Shown: positions 53,717 through 63,931 of the stretch, in pieces
Numbering within the stretch: the stretch's first letter is position 1
Layout of the letters: every line of letters begins with the position of its first letter
Assembly (NCBI RefSeq): GCF_001194135.2
Contig: NC_068984.1
Location: 67,142,802 to 67,206,732, forward strand
DNA length: 63,931 bases
Source: Octopus bimaculoides
Taxonomy: Eukaryota
Reading direction: 5' to 3'
The notes under the pieces: model-generated
What the model was told of the DNA's origin: nothing
The model's input: only the letters and a program-made list of their open reading frames with translations
Databases searched by the model: none
Program-made: the position numbers and the translations under genes

Positions 53717-56169
53717 TACACTCAATACATTCTTCGATATGAAAAACGCTAGGGAATATTTCGCAAAACATATTTTTATGACAGTTTAACTTCACAGATT
53801 AAGAAATTACATCTGCCTTTGTGGTTGATAATTTAAATTAATTTCTTGAAATCAGTTGCAAAAGTTAAAGTTATAAAGATCTCAAATGTGGTGAATGAGG
53901 AACCGAAGAGTCCAAAATAGATATGAACAAGAAAATAGTTTACAACGAAGATTTTAGCCTGTTGACCTCTCGATGAAAAGACTGTCTCTTATCTACTTTG
54001 CAAGAATCAGTTTTAAACTACTATTTAAACACATCGTGAAAAATATCTACCGATAAGAAAGCAACTGACATACAAATTTCCTCCTGACTCAGAACACTGA
54101 AGAAATATGATAAAAAATATCAAAATCTCACTTTATCCCTCAATAGAATAGTCTGTTTTTGCATTGTAAGCAAAAAGGATTTCATGACTGAAATTAGCTT
54201 TATTATAGCTCGGAAAATTGTTCAAAGACAGCTTCCTTATATTCGTGGATAATATGTAAAGGGTATAGTAATGTTATTACAATTTTCGCTGTAGAGGACA
54301 CAGAATGTCCATGAATAATACAATACTCATAAACCTATTTTAGAAATTGCTGCTGCAGTCATGTGCAGACTAATGTGAAAACCTGTGTAGCTTGCAGTTT
54401 AACTTTAGATAAGTCTTCACCCGTTCAAGATATATTTTTAAATAGACGTGTTTGTTCGATAAAACGATCGGAATTTAGCAGGAATTCCTGGATTTAATAA
54501 ATTTAAAGGAAACCGATAGTAAGTGTTGACATAAAAAGTTTGAGAGCTACAGATATTTTTGTGTCACTGACCATCGTCAGCAAAACGTACTCAGACTTGA
54601 ACTTGCGAGATCAGTCTTCCAATATATAGAAAAAGCATTATGCAGGCTTGCTCAGTAATAATTTGCATGAACGAGAATAAAATATTATTTAAAAGCAATA
54701 AATCATGGAGGAGGAATGAAATGAATTCAGGTAAATAATGTAAGAGTTGTTATAATGAATGGTATTCGCATAACAGTTATGAGATTAACTGAAATATCTG
54801 TCTTAGCTGGAAAAGAAAAGAACCTTGAGGTAATTGTCAGTGGCTCTACGAGAAGATAATGCCAAATAATGAAATGATTTTACAGAATAAATTTGCATAG
54901 ATATGGGAAAATATTATCTTCCATAAAATGCAAGGAGAGAGCTACGGTTATGTTTAGTTCTAAGGTCTAATATAACTAAAACATTTACGAAACTTGTTAC
55001 AATGGCAACCAAATACATGAGTCACTCCCCCACATCTACTAGCATTCATTAAAATACATTTTTGGTTGATTGAAAATTCAGAGTTTGTCCATTGCCCTTT
55101 AGGAAATAAAATTTTCATTAACGCTAATAAATTTTTTTTCTCGTTTATATTATTTCAATTAAAAAAAAAAGATTTAAATTTCGAGAACAAACGTGAGATA
55201 GATTGCACTTAAACACATGTAAACACAAACACACACATATACTCCCACATAAACATATGTATATTAGAAACGATATTTGTTTATTTGACACAACATTACC
55301 GTTTCTCAACAATATTTATCAAATTTTGCAAGGAAATCAAAATGCAGCCCTAACTAATGCATGGACAAATATCTTGAGTCCAAGATCCTCTTAGTGTAAA
55401 ACAGAGATGAGTAACAACAACAACAACAACAACAACAAAATTAGAAATAGAGATATTGTGAGATTGAAATGCATACTAGAATAGCAGTAGAGTGGATATA
55501 AGTATAAGCAACAGAAATTTACTTTCTCTTCCAATGTCACACTTCTTTTGGCTCTAAAACACATTCTCTTGTATTTCTTAAATATCTATGCACATAAAAA
55601 AAAAGTTTGTTTCTTCTCTCGAATGTCAAACGGTTGAACATATAAATTTATGAATTACTTCAGGAAGGCTAATACATTACCAAAAAATTAGCGATGTTAG
55701 TTATTTTGTATCCTGCGCAGTCTTAAATTAGAGAATTGACTACCATAATTGCTATTAGTATATAATACATAATGTATATACCACCGAAAAAGATTGAAGT
55801 GTTCTTCCTTGGATTGCATGGCTAGCAACGTCCTCTAAACGAATGTAAACAAGGTTGTATGATTGTATATTTCAGAAAGACCGTTTAATTACAATAAAAA
55901 AAAAGTTGAAAAAATATTGTTTTATCTTTTTCAAAAATGCACATTTTATAAACTCTCATGCATCTTTCTCTCAGCAATAAACTACGCCCCTATTATGCGT
56001 ATAAATGAAAATCTAAACTATATTATGCTTTCCTTGCCCCCCCCCCCCACACTGTATTTATGTAAATTATATTTCTGTCAAATTCTTAACTTAAAACCAA
56101 AACTATGTGAGAAACTCAAATTGGCTTGCTGTCAATTCAACTCCTTAATTGAACATATGAAAAGGAACC

Positions 56170-56630
56170 CAAGTTGTTGCTTAATCAATGAACTGCTTTA
56201 TCATATATAATGAATAGAATTTCTAAACTAAATGGAGGCATATTATTTTGGAACGCAACTGGTGGTGCTGTAAACACATGTCTCTTAGATTTATTACTGA
56301 AGCAAATTTGCAAGCCAAATAAAATTTATGTAGCGGTAATTTGTTCTGGCATAGCCCTTACATTGTTGCATGAAAATCCTATATTTCATTCTACATTAAT
56401 ACTTTGGGTTTAGTCACGAATGATGAAACTCTTTGTAAAATTACAAAAATGTTTAGCATGGGAAAAGTTCCGGAGTAAGTAGGCTTCATTACCAACCGCA
56501 TGGTTCCGGATACAGTTCCACTGCGTGGCATCTTGGACAAGTGTCTTCTACTATAGCCTCGGGCCGACCAAAGCCTTGTGAGTGGATTGGTACACGGAAA
56601 CTGAAAGAAGCCCGTCGTATATATGTATAC

Positions 56631-56703
<73 letters not shown>

Positions 56704-57830
56704 TCCCCCCACCATCGCTTGACAACCCATGCTGGTGTGTTTACGTCCCGGTAACTTAGCGGTTCGGCAAAGAGACCGATAGAATGAGTACTAGGCTTAC
56801 AAAGAATAAGTCCTGAGGTCGATTTTCTCGACTAAAGGCGGTTCTCCAGCATGGCGGCAGTCAAATGACTGAAACAAGTAAAAGAGTAAAAGCGTAAAAT
56901 ATTTGAACTGATAGCCTGAAGTGTACGTGCAATAAAAATGCATTAGCGGTACTGAGCAGAACTCTACAAGAAGTAAGCAACTAGATTTTGATAGAACGTG
57001 TAAATGTTACGATATCGGGAACTTTCAACCAGATTAGGCCAGTTATAACTAAGCGAACAAGAGCTAATGAAATCCCAGTATGCCTCAAATCATCTTTTTG
57101 GAGCACAAAGTACAAATTTTGAAGCTTACAGACGAGCAACAATTTATGCTGATTGTAATTCAGATTTATTTGCTTCATTCTACAGCTTAGTGAAGAAGAC
57201 GTTCCTACAGACTGTAAAACGTGTATCTATAATCAGCGTAGTGCACCTAAGAGTTCATGAATAAATAAAAGTAAATATTTAATAACTTTGCTTATTGCTA
57301 GAATGACTTAACTTTTGTGTGTCTAAGAAAGCAATATTAGCATAAAAAAAGTGATAAATTTATCAACGAAAATCTTGAGATATATTGCAGGGAATGATTA
57401 AATTTATGAATCAATTGATAAGATTATCGATGAGAATGAAGATGTTAACTATCTAATGGAATTTCTAAATTCTTTGGAACCTTCCAGATTGCTTGGTTAG
57501 CAAGTACAATTTAAAATTAGTGCTACTACAGGGATTCCTTGAAATTAAGTTCAGCCTAACCTCTGCGATGGTACCAGACAAGTGATAACTTCGGGTCACT
57601 GAAACACAAACTCAAAGTGATCGTAACAAAGGAGAAGATACATGTATTTCCAGGACACCACATACATTTTCCGGTAAAATTATGCCTTGTCACGTCAATG
57701 AACAAATCACAGAGACAAGCATTGAAATTTATTAGCATAGAATTACATGAAGATGGCGTCTCTCATGTTGATCTCTATGTACGATGCATAAGAGGAGGAA
57801 CAGCTAACAATGCCATGTTGAATAAAAAAA
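56170..57830 (+). mobile_element. Helitron PIF1-type helicase relic interrupted by a SINE
   Basis: Motif I/Ia NGGILFWNATGGAVNTCLLDLLL..VAVICSGIALTLLH; motif II region CNKNALAVLSRTLQE; motif III SGTFNQIRPVI..ANEIPVCLKSSFW; KAILA; VNYLMEFLNSLEPS; LCDGTR; motifs V/VI FPVKLCLVTSMNKSQRQAL..SHVDLYVRCIR, all in the expected order. Confidence 0.85.
56475..56892 (+). mobile_element. SINE family B, near full-length, with internal (TA)n(TG)n microsatellite
   Basis: tRNA-like head (GGTTCCGGATACAGTTCC), CORE-like CTTGGACAAGTGTCTTC, internal microsatellite ~56618-56700, 3' GAAACAAGTAAAAGAGTAAAAG. Confidence 0.9.
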
Positions 57831-58463
57831 ACAAACTTTTTTGTAATTTCAAATTTGATATTAGTCTGTTTGAAGAAATGTTTGTCAATTTCTTTCTCTC
57901 CAGTTTTGGTCTTCGAATTGAATAATTTGATAAAAAAAAGTACTTTTCTTCATTTCAATTTATTGGACTAATCTTTCACCANNNNNNNNNNNNNNNNNNN
58001 NNNNNNNNNNNNNNNNNNNNNNNNNNNNNNNNNNNNNNNNNNNNNNNNNNNNNNNNNNNNNNNNNNNNNNNNNNNNNNNNNNNNNNNNNNNNNNNNNNNN
58101 NNNNNNNNNNNNNNNNNNNNNNNNNNNNNNNNNNNNNNNNNNNNNNNNNNNNNNNNNNNNNNNNNNNNNNNNNNNNNNNNNNNNNNNNNNNNNNNNNNNN
58201 NNNNNNNNNNNNNNNNNNNNNNNNNNNNNNNNNNNNNNNNNNNNNNNNNNNNNNNNNNNNNNNNNNNNNNNNNNNNNNNNNNNNNNNNNNNNNNNNNNNN
58301 NNNNNNNNNNNNNNNNNNNNNNNNNNNNNNNNNNNNNNNNNNNNNNNNNNNNNNNNNNNNNNNNNNNNNNNNNNNNNNNNNNNNNNNNNNNNNNNNNNNN
58401 NNNNNNNNNNNNNNNNNNNNNNNNNNNNNNNNNNNNNNNNNNNNNNNNNNNNNNNNNNNNNNN

Positions 58464-58520
58464 GATGAAAGGCAAAGTTGTCTTCGGTGGGAATTAAATT
58501 CAAAGCGAAGAGAGTCCGAA
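58464..58520 (-). mobile_element. SINE family A fragment at gap edge
   Basis: GATGAAAGGCAAAGT...GGAATTAAATTCA matches other minus-strand family A copies. Confidence 0.6.
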
Positions 58521-58569
58521 CAAATATGCATGTATGATATGATATTATATATATATATGACTTTGTTTT

Positions 58570-59133
58570 GCAGTACTTCTCCTCTGTTCGATTTTTGCGA
58601 TGCCTGAAACAAAGGAACAGCGTGCTTCCGTGGAATTCTTTTTACTACTGGGCAAAACGGCGACCGAAACAGTTGTCATATTTCGGACAGCTTACAAAGA
58701 CGCTGCCATGAGCAAAACACAAGTTTATGAGTGGTTTCTACGCTTTATTGCGAATGAAATGAGTTGTAGAAAAATGTGTACCTCACTTCATCAAGGAAGA
58801 TCAAAAGCAGTCACGACTGAATGATTGTCATGAACTGAAAGATCAGCTGGAAGTTGATCCAGACCTTTTTTTTTTTCGAAGGTTATCACTGGTGACGAAA
58901 GCTGGTGCTACGGAATTTGCAGATACGGAAGAGATGAAGAAGAAAACGACGGAAGCGTTAAAAGACATCACTTAGCAAGAATTCCAGGACTGCTTCGAAT
59001 GGTGGAGAACGCGCCTGGACCGATATGTTGCTGCAAATGCAGAATAGCTTGAAGGTGATAAAAGTGTAAATATGTAAAACTAATTGAATAAAATAATATT
59101 TCAAAATTCAGGTTTCTTTTGGTGCCCCTCGTA
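58570..59133 (+). mobile_element. Internally deleted mariner (DD34D type), non-autonomous
   Basis: N-terminal HTH MPETKEQRASVEFFLLLGKTATETVVIFRTAYKDAAMSKTQVYEWFLRF; CVPH..EDQKQ..KVITGDESWCYG; then directly C-terminal FADTEEMKKKTTEALKDI..CFEWWRTRLDRYV; right TIR ...GGTGCCCCTCG|TA. Confidence 0.85.
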
Positions 59134-59812
59134 TCCACACATAAACACAAGCACACATACATACACACGCATTTATAAATTTACTACTGTTCCGTGGATA
59201 TTATGAGGAATGATATCCTAGTTCACAACACGCCACGAGTATATCATTGAAGCTATTTTATTTAATTCTCCTTATTTAGGTGGCCAAGTGTTGTGACGTC
59301 ACTGCTGTACAAAACTCTATAATAGTACAAGGTTAGCTGTCGAGGCTATTATGCCCCGTGTGATCGAAGCTGCCATTATAGATGTTTCTGAGAAGAGAGA
59401 AGGTATTTTTTATTGTACACTTGTACACATCCCTCTCGTCCCATTTCACGAGTATTCTGTTTTTAGTAAAATTCTATATTAATGGTAGAAGCTCACGTAT
59501 TGGGCTAAGCTGTTGGCTTTTCATCAGAACCTTGAACCACATAGTAAGGAATGTTGATTACACTTGAGCTTTTGCTCAATAAAACATATTATAGTTCGAA
59601 TTGCTTGCTTTTCGTGATGCATATAAATTTAGAATTATTAGAAAATATATAAAATATATAAAATGAGAAAATATATAAAATAAATGTATATGATGCACAC
59701 ACACAGACACACACACAAACACACGCGCGCTCACACACAGACACACACGCACACGCAAAAATGTCAATCGGTTTACATTAGTGTTCGGCTTGACAACAGC
59801 GCGTATGTTATA

Positions 59813-60698
59813 CTAGCTAACGTACCCAGTTATTCCCGGGAAAGCAGGGGTTATTCCTTGGTTCCGTTCTCATAATTGTTTCGCTAATCCAGTAACAGCA
59901 ATACAAAGTATGTAGCCCTTAAATCGGTTTTCATGCATTTACAGAGAATACCGAACTGTCTTACACAGGATCTTGTTTCTAGGAATTCCCAATAAGTTAT
60001 GAATGCCCATATTGTGAAGTCAGTTATGTAATAACATGAAATTAGTTACCCGATAGTAAGAATTCAAATAAAGTAGCCCTGAAAAGGGTTTTAATGCGTT
60101 CCCAGAGTATATAGAACACAAGAGGAAATACTTATAAGGCATGTATACTAAAATCGTGAAGCATGTTACATAATAACAGGCTAATCAAATATGAGATAAT
60201 GACAATTCAAGGTAAATAACTCTGAAAAGGGCTTTTGTGCGTTCCTAGAGAATATTACTTTCAGGGGCGCTAGTGCTGGTATATTCGTGAATAAGTCATT
60301 AACCGAAATAAGTGGATCTATTGTATAGGAAAATGCTATTTACTTGTTTAAGGGTTGTACTGGATAAATTGTGAAAATAACGTTAGTTAGTGTAACATAC
60401 GCGCTGTTCTCAAGCCGAACAGTTCAAATACTAAGAAATAAGCATACTCAATTGCATTTTTACCAAATAAGGGCGCCTTCAAGGGGCGAATGGGTTATTT
60501 CCCTTAGTTTTTAAAATAAAGTATATAAGGATCCCTTTCAGGGGCCCTATTATCGATTTTTTTTTCAATCTGAGTATGCTATGAGGTTTCTAGACATGAG
60601 TTCTATTCACATAGGAAGTTTCATCAAAATCATTAAAATGATGTAGGAGGAGTTAGCTAACAACTCCATAAACACACCCACAGACAGAATGTAGTAGA
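59813..60698 (-). mobile_element. Complete non-autonomous Helitron (~886 bp)
   Basis: Minus strand: host A | TCTACTAC...; 3' hairpin CCCGG-GAATAA-CTGGG ending 8 nt before the terminal CTAG | host T; no TSD; GTCT/GTGT repeat near the 5' end; no ORF. Confidence 0.8.
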
Positions 60699-60742
60699 TA
60701 ACGCGGAAAAATTGAAAAACAAATATCAATTACATTTTCTGC

Positions 60743-60955
60743 AATAACAATCCTTTCGACTAAAGGCAAAATGCCTGGAATTTAGCGGGAGGAGACTAGT
60801 CGATTACATCGATCAGAGTGTTCCACTCGTACTTAATTTATCGACCCCGAAAGGATGAAAGTAAAGTCTACCTCAGCAGAATTTGGACTCAGAACGTAAA
60901 GATGGACGAAATGCCGCTATTTTGCCCGGCGTTCTAACGATTCCGCCATCTCGCC
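60743..60955 (-). mobile_element. SINE family A copy (stack 1 of 3)
   Basis: TTTATCGACCCCGAAAGGATGAAAG core; head ends ..CATCTCGCC. Confidence 0.9.
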
Positions 60956-60981
60956 AACTTCATAATAATAATAATAATAAT

Positions 60982-61186
60982 AATCCTTTCAACTGTAAGT
61001 GCAAGGCCTGAAATTTTGGGGGAGGAGGTAAGTCGATCACATTGACCCCGGTGTTCGACTGGTATTTATATTATTGCCTCCGAAAGGATGAAAGGCCAAG
61101 TCAAATTTAAACTCGGCTTGTAATGATGGACGAAATACCGATGAGCATTTAGCTCGGGGCGTAAACGATTCTGCCAGCTCACTGCC
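60982..61186 (-). mobile_element. SINE family A copy (stack 2 of 3)
   Basis: CCGAAAGGATGAAAGGC core; head CGATTCTGCCAGCTCACTGCC; preceded by (AAT)n. Confidence 0.9.
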
Positions 61187-61209
61187 TTAACAACAACAAC
61201 AAGAAGAAC

Positions 61210-61422
61210 AATGATTTCTACTAAAGGCACAAAGCCTGAAATTTCGGGGAGGGGGTTAGTCGATTACATCGACCCCAGTACTTAACTGGTACTTAATTTA
61301 GCGAACTCGAAAGGATGAAAGGCAAAGTCACCACGGCGGAATTAAAACTCAGAACGTAGCGGGAGACGAAATACCGTTAAGCATTTTGCTTGGCGTGCTA
61401 ACGATTCTGCTATCTAGCCGCC
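61210..61422 (-). mobile_element. SINE family A copy (stack 3 of 3)
   Basis: CGAAAGGATGAAAGGCAAAGTC core; head GCTAACGATTCTGC..GCCGCC; preceded by (AAC)n. Confidence 0.9.
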
Positions 61423-61429
61423 TTTCTTC

Positions 61430-63819
<2,390 letters not shown>

Positions 63820-63900
63820 GATCCTGATATTCTGGGTTAGTCGATTACACTGACACCAGGTTTTGACCGGTACTTATTTCATCAACCGAAAGTATGAAAA
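63820..63900 (-). mobile_element. SINE family A 3' part (diverged)
   Basis: TTAGTCGATTACAC..GGTACTTATTT..CCGAAAGTATGAAA matches other minus-strand copies. Confidence 0.6.
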
Positions 63901-63931
63901 AATCAATCAAGCGACCATCGTAATCGCAATT

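Overview
AT-rich, microsatellite-saturated animal genomic DNA from a gapped draft assembly with 13 N-runs. The SINE types and repeat landscape resemble an Octopus (cephalopod) genome; this is inference, no search was run. I find no intact, recognisable host protein-coding gene, rRNA, tRNA gene or CRISPR array, so the window looks intronic or intergenic. Most ORFs in the supplied track are artefacts of simple repeats or N-gaps. The real content is a layered record of transposable elements. (1) A decayed, near-complete Ty3/Gypsy LTR retrotransposon with a single candidate 3' LTR (34.2-37.6 kb). (2) Three R4/Dong-like non-LTR elements with a restriction-enzyme-like (REL) endonuclease, each abutting an (AAT)n-type tract. 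(3) Penelope-like fragments with hammerhead-ribozyme-like motifs. (4) RTE, Tx1/L1 and L2-like LINE relics. (5) Four Tc1/mariner fragments of different subfamilies. (6) A decayed Helitron PIF1 helicase and a complete non-autonomous Helitron. (7) Three tRNA-derived SINE families. The most interesting pattern is repeated use of (AAT)n microsatellites as landing pads by a Dong-like LINE and by a Deu/Nin-core SINE, in opposite polarity. Also worth a look are an unexplained double-hairpin block at 32.5 kb and a weak candidate first exon at 47.7 kb. I do not see evidence for a wholly new biological system. All translations and alignments were done by eye, and element boundaries are approximate.
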